Assembly (NCBI GenBank): GCA_043750125.1 | Contig: JAYVCD010000341.1 | Coordinates: 1 to 41,837, forward strand | DNA from: Archangiaceae bacterium | Lineage (GTDB): Bacteria > Myxococcota > Myxococcia > Myxococcales > Myxococcaceae | Reading direction: 5' to 3' | Length of the DNA: 41,837 nucleotides | Shown: in pieces, positions 9,781 through 18,419 of the stretch | Position numbering within the stretch: the first letter of the stretch is position 1 | Layout of the letters: each line of letters begins with the position of its first letter | Made by a program: the position numbers and the translations under genes | Notes under the pieces: generated by a model | What the model saw: only the letters and a program-made list of their open reading frames with translations | Told to the model about the DNA's origin: nothing | Databases searched by the model: none

Positions 9781-11094
9781 ATGGCGTACCCCCACGTCGT
9801 CATCGTCGGCGCTGGCTTCGCAGGTCTGTATGCCGCGCGCGCGCTGATTGATCAGCCGGTCCACGTGACCATCGTCGATCGTCAGAACCACCACTTGTTT
9901 CAGCCGCTGCTGTACCAGGTGGCCACCGCGGGCTTGTCGGCCAACGACATCGCCTCGCCCATTCGCCATCTGGTCGCCAGCGCGCCGAACGTCGCGGTTC
10001 GTCTGGGGTCGGTCTCGCGCATCGACTTGAGCGGGCGTCGACTGAGCCTGCACCAGGCCAGCGGCGAGACCGACGAGCTGAGCTACGACTACCTGCTGCT
10101 TTCCGCGGGGGTGCGCCACTCGTACTTCGGGCACGACGAATGGGAAAAGTTCGCCCCCGGCTTGAAGTCGCTGGAAGACGCGCTCGAGATTCGTCGCCGG
10201 GTGCTGATGGCCTTTGAAGCCGCCGAGACCTGCGAAGACCCGGCGCGCCGCGAAGCCTTGCTGACCTTCGTCGTCGTCGGAGGAGGTCCGACCGGAGTCG
10301 AGCTCGCCGGAGCGCTGGCCGAGCTGTCGCGCTTCACCGTCGCGCGTGATTTTCGCGCCATAGATCCCACCCGCTCGCGAATCATTCTTCTCGAAGCGGG
10401 GCCGCGGATCCTCTCGAACTTCCCCGAGAAGCTGTCGACCGCGGCGCAGTTCTCGCTTCGAGACCTGGGGGTCGATGTCCGGACCCAGACCGCCGTCACC
10501 GAGATCACCGCCGACGGAGTGCAGACCGCGACTGGCTTTCTTCCTTCGTGCACCGTCTTGTGGGGCGCGGGAATCGCCGCCGCTCCGCTCACCCGCACCA
10601 TGGGCGTGGAGCTCGATCGCGCGGGCCGGGTGAAGGTCGAAAGAGATCTCTCGATTCCCGGCCACCCCGAAGCCTTCGTCGCCGGAGACCTGGCTGCCTT
10701 TCCCACCGCCGAGGGCCGAGGGCTGCCCGGTGTCGCCCAGGTGGCGATTCAGGGCGGGCGCTTCGCCGCGAAGATGATCCTCGGCACGCTCGACAAGCAG
10801 CCGCGCCAGGCCTTCGAGTACGACGACAAGGGCAACATGGCCACCATCGGCCGTGCTTCGGGGCTGGCGCACATCGGCCGGCTTCAGCTCTCGGGCTTCC
10901 TCGGCTGGCTGGGGTGGTTGCTGGTCCACCTCGTTTTCCTGATCGGCTTTCGCAATCGGCTGCAGGTGATGCTCGAGTGGGCGTGGGCCTGGTTCACCTA
11001 CCAGCGCGGGGCCCGGCTGATTCTCGGGGCCAATGAGCCTCCGATGAAGACCGAGCCGAAGACTTCCCTGGACCCCGGTGCCACGGGCCGCTGA
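9781..11094 (+). CDS. ndh: Type II NADH dehydrogenase family FAD-dependent oxidoreductase
   Basis: VVIVGAGFAG, HLFQPLLYQVATA, VVGGGPTGVELAG, AGD and DKGNMATIGR motifs, plus a C-terminal amphipathic WLLVHL segment. Confidence 0.9.
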   Translation: MAYPHVVIVGAGFAGLYAARALIDQPVHVTIVDRQNHHLFQPLLYQVATAGLSANDIASPIRHLVASAPNVAVRLGSVSRIDLSGRRLSLHQASGETDELSYDYLLLSAGVRHSYFGHDEWEKFAPGLKSLEDALEIRRRVLMAFEAAETCEDPARREALLTFVVVGGGPTGVELAGALAELSRFTVARDFRAIDPTRSRIILLEAGPRILSNFPEKLSTAAQFSLRDLGVDVRTQTAVTEITADGVQTATGFLPSCTVLWGAGIAAAPLTRTMGVELDRAGRVKVERDLSIPGHPEAFVAGDLAAFPTAEGRGLPGVAQVAIQGGRFAAKMILGTLDKQPRQAFEYDDKGNMATIGRASGLAHIGRLQLSGFLGWLGWLLVHLVFLIGFRNRLQVMLEWAWAWFTYQRGARLILGANEPPMKTEPKTSLDPGATGR

Positions 11095-11530
11095 TTCTCG
11101 CTGTCCGTGCGGAGGCGCCGAATACGCGCGCTGCTGCGGGCCCCGTCATTCGGGGGTGGCTCCCGCCGACACGGCCGAAGCGTTGATGCGCTCGCGGTAC
11201 TCGGCCTACGTGCTCAACCTTTCCGACTACCTCGCCGCGACCCAGCGCGCTCCGATGGATCCCCGCGCGCTTTCCCGGACCCGGTGGGTGGGCCTCACGG
11301 TTCACCGCGCGAAAGGAGGGCCGGGCGACGGGGTGGGCGAAGTCGAGTTCACCGCGCGCTACCTCGCAGGCGACCGGCTGTGCAGCCTGCACGAGACGTC
11401 TGCGTTCGAGCGCGTCGGTGGCCGGTGGGTCTACACCACCGGAGAGAACGAGCTCACCCAGGCCAGGGTCGAACGGAACGCGCCGTGCCCGTGCGGCAGC
11501 GGCGAGAAGTTCAAGCGTTGTTGTGGGTAG
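11078..11530 (+). CDS. YchJ/UPF0225 family protein with SEC-C motif
   Basis: CPCG..YARCC, TAEALMRSRYSAY, VEFTARY, HETSAF, and C-terminal RNAPCPCGSGEKFKRCC. Confidence 0.92.
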   Translation: MPRAADSRCPCGGAEYARCCGPRHSGVAPADTAEALMRSRYSAYVLNLSDYLAATQRAPMDPRALSRTRWVGLTVHRAKGGPGDGVGEVEFTARYLAGDRLCSLHETSAFERVGGRWVYTTGENELTQARVERNAPCPCGSGEKFKRCCG

Positions 11531-14500
11531 AGCGTCGGCGCCGCGCCAGCCCGAGCAGGCTCAACAGTCCGAACGCCGCCAGTGAAGCGCCCCCGCTGCT
11601 GCAGCCGGTGCGAGGCGGAGTGACGACGACCGGCGGCTTGTTGTCGACCTGGACGGTGATGGCTCCCGAACGGCCCAGGTTTCCGGCAGCGTCGCGGCCG
11701 ATCGCCTCGAGCTGGTGAGCGCCGTCGGTCAGTTGTCTGGAATCGACGGTCACCTTCCACGCGGGCCCCGCCGAAGTTCCCACGGTCGCCCCGTCGATCT
11801 TGAACTGCACTTCGACCACCCCCACGCCATCACTGGCGCTCGCTTCGAGGGCCACCGAGCCGGTGAGGGTCTGGCCGCTGGACGGCGTCAGCAGCGCCAC
11901 CTGGGGAGGCGTGGTGTCGGGAATTCCGCTGCCGCCGGTGACCGTGACCTGGACGGTGGCATTCACTGCTCCGACCGAGGCCATCAGACTGAAGGGGCCG
12001 CCCGCCTGGGTCCCGGCGGTGAAGAGTCCGGACGCGCTGACGGTTCCTCCGCCGCTGGCCAGCCAGGTCACGAGGGGTGCGCTGGCCATCGGATTCGCAA
12101 ATTGGTCTGCACCGGTCGCACTGAACTGCAGGGCGGTGCTCACCGGCACGCTCGCGTTGGTCGGCGAAACCGCGAGGGTCGTCAGGGTCTGGGTCACGGT
12201 CACGTCGACCGCGCTGAAGACGGTCAGGTTGGTGGCGTCCTTCACTCTGACGGTCAGCTTGTAGGCCCCCGACTTGCCGAACGTGGCGACGGTGTTCTTC
12301 GCGCCGTTCGAATCGTTGACGCTGAAGGTCACCGCGGCCGGGCCCGAGGTCATCACCCACGAATAGACCAGCGCGGTTTCGCCCCCGTTGTCGGCTCCGA
12401 GGACGCTCAAAGAAGTGGTGCTGCCGTTCACGACGGCCGGGTTTGCGGTGGCCGGCTGGGCCAGGGTCGGAGGCGTGCCGGCCGAAACAGTGACGCTGGC
12501 AGTGCCCGATTTTCCGGCCGCCGAAGCGGTGATGGTGAAGGGCCCGCCCGCAGCGTTGGCCGCGGTGAACAGCCCGCTGGCGTTGAGGGTCCCCCCGCCA
12601 CTGGCCGTCCAGGTGAAGAGCGGGGCAGGCACGATTGCGAGGGCAAATTGATCGCTGGCCGCCGCCGCGAATTGCTGCGTTCCACTGAGGCTGACGCCGG
12701 CCGCCGCCGGAGAGACGGCCACGGTGGTCGAGGTCGGGTTGACCGTCACGCTCACCGTGCTGGTCGCCGTGGTGTTGTTGAGGTCTTTGATTGTCACCGC
12801 GAATACGTAGGTGCCGGCCTTCCCGAACGTCGCGACGGTCGTCCGAGCCGCGTTGGTCCCATTCGCGCTGAAGGTCACGGCCGCGGGAGCCGTCGTCGCC
12901 GCCCACGTGTAGACCAGGTTGGCCTCGCCCCCATCGTCGGCCCCGAGCACGCTCAAGCTCGCCGTCTTGGCGGTGACGACTGCAGGCGTCGCGGCAGCCG
13001 CAGTGGCCACGGTCGGCGGGTTTCCGGGGGTCGCGTTCACGCTCACGCTGGCGGTGCCACTCATCGCGCTGGCCGCGGCGGTGATGGTGAACGGGCCTCC
13101 GGCGGTCGCGGCTGCAGTGAAGAGCCCGGCCGCGCTCAAGGTGCCGCCGCCGGTGGTGGTCCAGGTGAACGTCGGCTGCGAGGCGAACGAGGTCGCGAAT
13201 TGATCGCGAGCGGTGGCGGTGAATTGCTGGGTCGCTGCCGGGTTCACCGTCGCGCTCGCGGGGGTGACGGTGACCGCCGACAACGTCGCGTTGACGGTGA
13301 CGTTGATCACGCTGCTCACCATCGCGCTCGCCGCGTCGCGAATCACCACGGTGAAGGTGTAGACGCCGGCCTTCAAGAAGGTGGCGGTGGTGCTCTTGGC
13401 GGCGTTGGTCCCGTTGGCGCTGAAGCCCACGGCTGCGGGGGCGGTCGTCGCGGTCCAGGTATAGGTGAGCGCGGCTTCGCCGTTGTCGTCCGCACCCAGC
13501 GCGGTCAAAGCGGTGGTGGTGGCGGTGACGGTGGCCGGAGACGCAGCCGGCGCGCTGGCGACGGTGGGCGGCTGGTTGCTGGTGCCGGTGATGGTCACGC
13601 TCGCGCTTCCGGTGCGTCCGCCGCCCGCAGCCGTGACCGCGTTGGGACCGCCCAGGACGGTGCCTGCGGTGAAGAGCCCGTTGATGTTCACGCTGCCTCC
13701 GCCGGTGGTCGACCAGCCGTAGGTGGGCTGGGGGGCGACGGTGGCTCCGAACTGGTTCTTCGCGACCGCGGTGAATTGCTGGGTCGCCCCCGCGGCAATC
13801 GACGCCGAGCCGGGCGTCACCACGATCGTCGAGACCACTGCGTTGACTGTCACGCTGACGGTGCTGTTGGTGGTGAGGTTGGCAGCGTCTTTGATCACCA
13901 CGTTGAAGACGTAGCTGCCGGCTGCGCTGAAGGTTGCGACGGTGTTCTTGGCGCCGTTGGTCCCGTTGGCGCTGAAGGTCACTGCAGACGGTGCGGCTGT
14001 CGCCGACCAAGTGTACGTGAGGCCGGCTTCGCCCGAATCATCGGCGCCGAGCACGCTGAGGTTGGTGGTCAAGCCGGTGACCGGAGACATCGATGCCGCG
14101 GCAGGAGTCGCGAGGCTGGGGGCCTGGTTGATTCCCCCGGTGACGTTGACCGAGAGCGAGGTGATCGCGCTGCGATCGCCGGTGTTGCCGCCGCCGTTGG
14201 TCGAGTTGCCGGCCGCGAAGAGCTTGACGATTCCTGACGTGGGCGGGGCCACCATTCGAAATTGGACTGCGACCGAGCCACCCGAGAAGGTGAGCGGAGT
14301 GCTGTGGTGGATCTCTCCTGCGGTGTTGCGGGTGTTGGCGGTGACGGCTTGAAGAGTCGCGGCGACGCTATCGGCCGAGATGTCGATTCCGGCCCGGACG
14401 CCGGGGCCGCCGGTGACGGTGAAGGTGTAATTTCCGGTCGCTCCGGCCGCGAGCGAGGTCGGCCCGGTGATCGACACTGTCGGAACAGAGCCGGCCCCGA

Positions 14501-14636
14501 CGGAATGACACTGGGTGCAGTAGGCGCCTTGCTGGCCGGAGTAGCCGACGATGCCCGCGGAACTGGCGCGAACGTCTTGCGACGATGCGAGGAAGCAGAG
14601 AATGGCGAGGGCCAGCGGGGTTCCGGCTCGACGCAT
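11511..14636 (-). CDS. Surface protein: CxxCH/Reeler-like N-terminal domain, four tandem PKD-like+Ig modules, Ig domain, MYXO-CTERM-type anchor
   Basis: Signal peptide, then GYSGQQGAYCTQCH. Four repeats of LSVLGADDxGEAxLxYxW...TQQFxAxAxDQF...GLFTA. DTTPPQV..LEAIGRDAAGN Ig domain. C-terminus GCSSGGASLAAFGLLSLLGLARRRR. RBS AGGAGG. Confidence 0.88.
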   Translation of the reverse strand: MRRAGTPLALAILCFLASSQDVRASSAGIVGYSGQQGAYCTQCHSVGAGSVPTVSITGPTSLAAGATGNYTFTVTGGPGVRAGIDISADSVAATLQAVTANTRNTAGEIHHSTPLTFSGGSVAVQFRMVAPPTSGIVKLFAAGNSTNGGGNTGDRSAITSLSVNVTGGINQAPSLATPAAASMSPVTGLTTNLSVLGADDSGEAGLTYTWSATAAPSAVTFSANGTNGAKNTVATFSAAGSYVFNVVIKDAANLTTNSTVSVTVNAVVSTIVVTPGSASIAAGATQQFTAVAKNQFGATVAPQPTYGWSTTGGGSVNINGLFTAGTVLGGPNAVTAAGGGRTGSASVTITGTSNQPPTVASAPAASPATVTATTTALTALGADDNGEAALTYTWTATTAPAAVGFSANGTNAAKSTTATFLKAGVYTFTVVIRDAASAMVSSVINVTVNATLSAVTVTPASATVNPAATQQFTATARDQFATSFASQPTFTWTTTGGGTLSAAGLFTAAATAGGPFTITAAASAMSGTASVSVNATPGNPPTVATAAAATPAVVTAKTASLSVLGADDGGEANLVYTWAATTAPAAVTFSANGTNAARTTVATFGKAGTYVFAVTIKDLNNTTATSTVSVTVNPTSTTVAVSPAAAGVSLSGTQQFAAAASDQFALAIVPAPLFTWTASGGGTLNASGLFTAANAAGGPFTITASAAGKSGTASVTVSAGTPPTLAQPATANPAVVNGSTTSLSVLGADNGGETALVYSWVMTSGPAAVTFSVNDSNGAKNTVATFGKSGAYKLTVRVKDATNLTVFSAVDVTVTQTLTTLAVSPTNASVPVSTALQFSATGADQFANPMASAPLVTWLASGGGTVSASGLFTAGTQAGGPFSLMASVGAVNATVQVTVTGGSGIPDTTPPQVALLTPSSGQTLTGSVALEASASDGVGVVEVQFKIDGATVGTSAGPAWKVTVDSRQLTDGAHQLEAIGRDAAGNLGRSGAITVQVDNKPPVVVTPPRTGCSSGGASLAAFGLLSLLGLARRRRSTHNNA
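11935..14132 (-). repeat. Four ~550-bp intragenic module repeats (PKD-like + Ig-like pair)
   Basis: Modules begin NQAPSLA, NQPPTVA, NPPTVA and TPPTLA and share recurring GADDxGEA, FSANGTN and GGG..GLFTA motifs. Confidence 0.85.
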
Positions 14637-14661
14637 CGGGTGCGCCTCCTTTTCCCCCTAC

Positions 14662-14678
14662 AGCATTCTCAGTGCCAG
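14662..14678 (-). promoter_or_regulatory. Sigma-54 (-24/-12) promoter
   Basis: Minus strand reads CTGGCACTGAGAATGCT: TGGCAC with exact GG-N10-GC spacing. The predicted TSS (~14651) falls just before the AGGAGG RBS of the 14636 gene. Confidence 0.65.
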
Positions 14679-14784
14679 ACTTTTGCTGCGGCCAGGCGGG
14701 TGGAATTGCAGCGATTCTGGCGACCGATGGGCGAAGTGAGAACTGCAGTGGTCAGGCGCAGATGCACCACCTGTTCTCTGCCCT

Positions 14785-16413
14785 TCACGGCCCGCACGTC
14801 GGCCTCGCCCCTGCGTGGTACAGCGGATCCTGGTAGGTGATGGTGTTGTTGATGGTCGTCGCTCCGACGAGCTCGACCGCCAGAACGTTGTTGCGGCGAA
14901 TGCGGAACGTCGGCGTGCCCGGCACGAGTGGGATGGCCAGCCGCTGAATTCCGGCGCTCACGTTCAGCGTCGAGATGTTTCCAGCGATCTCGATCTCGAG
15001 GGTCCCGGCGCTCTTGAGCAACGCCACCAGCTCGATCTGGTTGACGGAAGTGGTCGGACCGTTGACTGCGGCCATCGCGTTCATCTGCAGCGCCAGGTCC
15101 GGAGGAGCGACCGCGGGGTCCATGCTGTGGGCCCGGTAAAAATAATACACCGCGTCGCGAAGGATCGCCGGCTGCGCGCCCTGCTTGAACCAGGTCGTGT
15201 AGTACGCGCTGAGATCATAGAACCCGGTTTGGGTCTGACTGGACGGCGAGATTTCACTGTCTTCCGAATAGTCATTCCAGGTGATGAGTTGGATCCAATC
15301 TGCGCCGCTCGAAATGACCGCGTCCCACTGCGCGCGGAACGCCGCTGAGTTGTTCGACTCGGTGAAGTTGAGGTTTTTCGGCCGGCTGTCCTGCGGGGCG
15401 ACGGGCGCCATCCAGATCAAACCGGCAGCGTGGGGTGCCGCGGCGGCGGTCTGAAGTGAGGCCGCTCCACCCACGGTCCGGGTGCCCCAGGACGACGCGC
15501 CGAACAGTGTGACGCCGCTGAACTTGATGCTGTTGCTCGCCCAGCTTCCGACCGGCATCGGCACCAGCGCGATGGGGTACCCGGCGGCCGCGAGCTGAGT
15601 CATCGCATCGATCCAGAACGCGGCGTTGCGGCGCTCGGCACCGAACGGCGAGAGGACCAGCTTTCCGTTGGGCAGGTGCATCACCGACGTATTCGCGCCG
15701 ACCGCGTTGACGAGGGTTAGCAGGCCGGCAAGCGCCTGCGCATCGGTGCCGCCGACTGCGCCACCGAAGGAAGAGGCGGTCATGTCGGGCACGAGCTGAA
15801 TTTTGAAACCGGGATCGATCGCCGCGGCGGCGGTGAGCAGCTTGTCCAATCGGGTGCGGTGGATGTTGCCGGGGGTCGGGTTCAGCACGTCATAGGTGAA
15901 CCCATCGAGCCCGATCGCAATGGCCCGGGTCACTTCGGTCTCCAGGTTCTTCTCTTCGTAGTCGACGCCGGCTGCCCAGGGACTCGGAGAGACGGGCCGC
16001 TCGCGGAGCAATCCACCGCAGAACGCCCACGCTCCGTTCTCGCCCGACGCCTTCAGGTAATTGTTCGAGTAGTAATCGGCCGTCACCGGCTTGTTGTCGA
16101 TCGAAAGCGGGTAGGGCGAGAAGTAGTGCGCGAAGACCTTGCGGGGGCTCGCGCGCAGCGTGGCGATCGAGGGGCGATCGAACGGCCAGCAGGTCGGACC
16201 GCTGCCCGCATCTTTGGGGCCGGCGTCGACTGGGCCGGCGTCGACTGGGCCGGCGTCGGCTTCTCCTCCGCCATCGAACGAAACGCCGCTGTCAGCTGCC
16301 CCCGCATCGAAACGCGCGCCCCCATCGGTGCCGGGGAGCACCCACGAGCCCCCGCAACCAGCCAGGAGCTCGAGGAAGAGAAGACCGGCTAAAGATCCGA
16401 ATGAGCAGCGCAT
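14785..16413 (-). CDS. Glycoside hydrolase family 71-like (endo-alpha-1,3-glucanase-like) lipoprotein
   Basis: Lipobox LAGC and DAG linker. Motifs KVFAHYF, AIAIGLDGF, WMAPVAPQDSRP, WIQLITWNDYSE and AYYTTWFKQG..P..RDAVYYFYR are typical of GH71/GH99-like enzymes. Confidence 0.8.
   Translation of the reverse strand: MRCSFGSLAGLLFLELLAGCGGSWVLPGTDGGARFDAGAADSGVSFDGGGEADAGPVDAGPVDAGPKDAGSGPTCWPFDRPSIATLRASPRKVFAHYFSPYPLSIDNKPVTADYYSNNYLKASGENGAWAFCGGLLRERPVSPSPWAAGVDYEEKNLETEVTRAIAIGLDGFTYDVLNPTPGNIHRTRLDKLLTAAAAIDPGFKIQLVPDMTASSFGGAVGGTDAQALAGLLTLVNAVGANTSVMHLPNGKLVLSPFGAERRNAAFWIDAMTQLAAAGYPIALVPMPVGSWASNSIKFSGVTLFGASSWGTRTVGGAASLQTAAAAPHAAGLIWMAPVAPQDSRPKNLNFTESNNSAAFRAQWDAVISSGADWIQLITWNDYSEDSEISPSSQTQTGFYDLSAYYTTWFKQGAQPAILRDAVYYFYRAHSMDPAVAPPDLALQMNAMAAVNGPTTSVNQIELVALLKSAGTLEIEIAGNISTLNVSAGIQRLAIPLVPGTPTFRIRRNNVLAVELVGATTINNTITYQDPLYHAGARPTCGP
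16217..16258. repeat. 15-bp tandem repeat encoding VDAGP linker
   Basis: GGGCCGGCGTCGACT x2.8. Confidence 0.85.
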
Positions 16414-16467
16414 GCCTCGAGGGATATCAGGTCCCCCGAGCAGGAAGCTGCGCCGCCGCTGCGAAGG

Positions 16468-16964
16468 TCAGTAGCTCTTGGCGCAGAACCCGCCACTCGC
16501 GTTCACCCAGTTCTGCTGGATGAGGTAATCGCGGGTGCCGAGCTTCATGTTCGCGCGCGACCCGTTTCCTGCGGCGTACTCGGTGCCGAAGGTCCAGGCG
16601 CACTTGTCCGCATTTTCGTAGCCGCGGCGGTCGTACCAGGCGTTGAGGTCCGGGTCCGAAGCAGCCTCCTCGAGCTCATGGGCAATGATCGAGGCCATTC
16701 CGTCGGCGCCGGCATTTCCGTTGGGGCTGGTGGTCTGTGCGGCGCACGACGAAGGGCAGCGGTCCGGGTTGCCGATGAAGAAGTACTTGGTGTCGGTGCC
16801 CGCGATCGTCGCGTGGGTGTGCCAGCCGCAGTACTGGGTGCAGAAGCCCGAGCTCGCCGTCACGTCGGCCGTGGTGAGCACGAAGTAGACCGCGTTGGGG
16901 TTGTGGTGATCGCGTTGGACACGATCGTCTGGATGTTGGCGTCCGTAAGCGCGGTGCCGAGCGA
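16468..16964 (-). pseudogene. 5'-truncated, frameshifted Phi-1/EXORDIUM-like gene remnant
   Basis: The C-terminal frame has NAVYFVLT, FCTQYCGWH, PNGNAGADGMASIIAHELEEAASDP..NAWY, ENADKC and YLIQQNW. A different frame from 16964 gives SLGTALTDANIQTIVSNAIT, the expected preceding segment. Frame break near 16900; no N-terminus. Confidence 0.8.
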
Positions 16965-16969
16965 TGCAG

Positions 16970-17880
16970 TCACGCCACGCAGAGCACATCGCGCAGCGCT
17001 TCACACAGGCTCTCGAGTCGCTCTTCGTCCGGCAGGCCCAGCGTGGCGTGCTGGGCGCGCGGCACCGCCTCGAGCATTCCCTTCGACAGCGTTTGAAGCG
17101 CCTGGTCCCGCGCTTCTCTCGTCTGGCGCCGCTTCGCCAGGGGCAGCCGGCGCTCGAGCTGCTTTGCCAGTTCCCAGCTCCACGCTCCGTGGCCGATTTC
17201 GTCTGCGCTCACCGCAGCCATCACCCGCCGAACCCCGGGGTGTGCGGCATGGCGGGCCTGGTACGCGCCGAGCAGACTTCCAAACGTCTCCCGAACGCAC
17301 CCTTCGACGGCGTTGTCGAAGGCGAGCTCTTCGATCGATCGAATGGGGGCCTGGCCCCGACGCCGCACCGCAAACCTTCCGCCGTGCTGCGTCGCCAGAG
17401 ATCCGACGAGCTGCACATGCTGCTGTTCTTCCCAGGCCGCGGTGGCCGCTCCGCGCTGAAATGAACGATGCAGCCGATGCGCTTCGAGCTCTCGCCCCAG
17501 CTGCTCGAAAGCAATCACCGCTGCGGCTTCGTGGGCCGCCATGTCCGCCAGCACCCGCCCCAGCCCCTGGCCTTCCGACACTGCCTCGACCCCCTCGGCA
17601 AGCCGCCCGACGCCACAGAACACCGAGCACAGCAAGATGGCACCGGACGGCGCGCACCCTTCGAGCTGGTTGCCCATCAAGACGTCGACGCACAGGCTCT
17701 TGCATTGCGCGTAGGAATAGCCGGCGTCGCGGGGCGACGAGCAGGTCATCTTGGGGACGAGCGGCCTTCCTCCGTCCGTCCCGGCATCGACGCCCGCATC
17801 TCGCCCGCCGTCTTTCCCCCCGTCGAGCGAAGGAATGATCGGCTCGATGTCGTCCCAGCCCTTCGAAATGGCTCTGGGTC
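16970..17880 (-). pseudogene. Myxobacterial ferritin-like domain gene, apparently lacking its 5' end (could still be translated from ATG 17749)
   Basis: Motifs CGVGRLAEG, HEAAAVIAF, EEQQH, DNAVEGCVRETFG, DEIGH. Upstream of 17749 the frame continues as a DGG/DAG linker (..SLDGGKDGGRDAGVDAGTDGG..) back to a TGA near 17881, with no ATG/GTG/TTG and no signal peptide. Confidence 0.65.
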
Positions 17881-17894
17881 ATATGCAACTAAAA

Positions 17895-18210
17895 GGGCGC
17901 GCCGCCGCCTGGCAAGCCTGACCAGCAACAAGAGTACGAGACCGAGGCCTCCGTCAGCCGTCCCCGCGTCAGACAGGCCTGCGTCCGCAATTGCGACCTG
18001 GGTGAAGCCGGACACGAAATCCAGGTGGCGGACCTCGATGGTGGCCAAGCCAGAGGACAGGCCTGCCCTGAAGTACGCGCTCGCGCCGGCGTCCGCCGGA
18101 GTCATCGAGACAAAAGTGATCGGGGTCAACGCGCACCCGGGACCCCCGAAAAAGGTCCCGGGCTGTCCGGTTCCAACCAAGGCCGCTTGAAGCGCATAGG
18201 GCGGCGGAGT
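17895..18210 (-). pseudogene. C-terminal remnant of a MYXO-CTERM-type surface protein
   Basis: Reads ...DAGLSDAGTADGG-LGLVLLLLVRLARRRR: DAG linker, TM helix and Arg cluster, but no GC motif, no stop after the Arg cluster and no signal peptide. Confidence 0.5.
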
Positions 18211-18419
18211 CGCGACTGCCGTCGGCAGCCGTCGCGCGCGGTGACGTGATCATGCGGCGACTCTCGCGCGAGGGCCTCGCCGAGAGCTGGTCAGCCGTCT
18301 ACCGCCGCGACGCTGCGTCCCGTCTTCCCCTCAAGCGGTTCTCCGCGCTTCTTCGCTCGCACCGCCTCGAGGCTCAAACCCCAAAGCTGAAGACCGTTCG
18401 TTCCCGCTGATCTTCGCGG

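Noticed and set aside
11715-14237. Long + strand ORF (840 aa) and alternate-frame 726-aa ORF over the Ig protein
   Set aside because: Arg/Gly/His-rich shadow ORFs caused by GC3 bias and repeats; no motifs.
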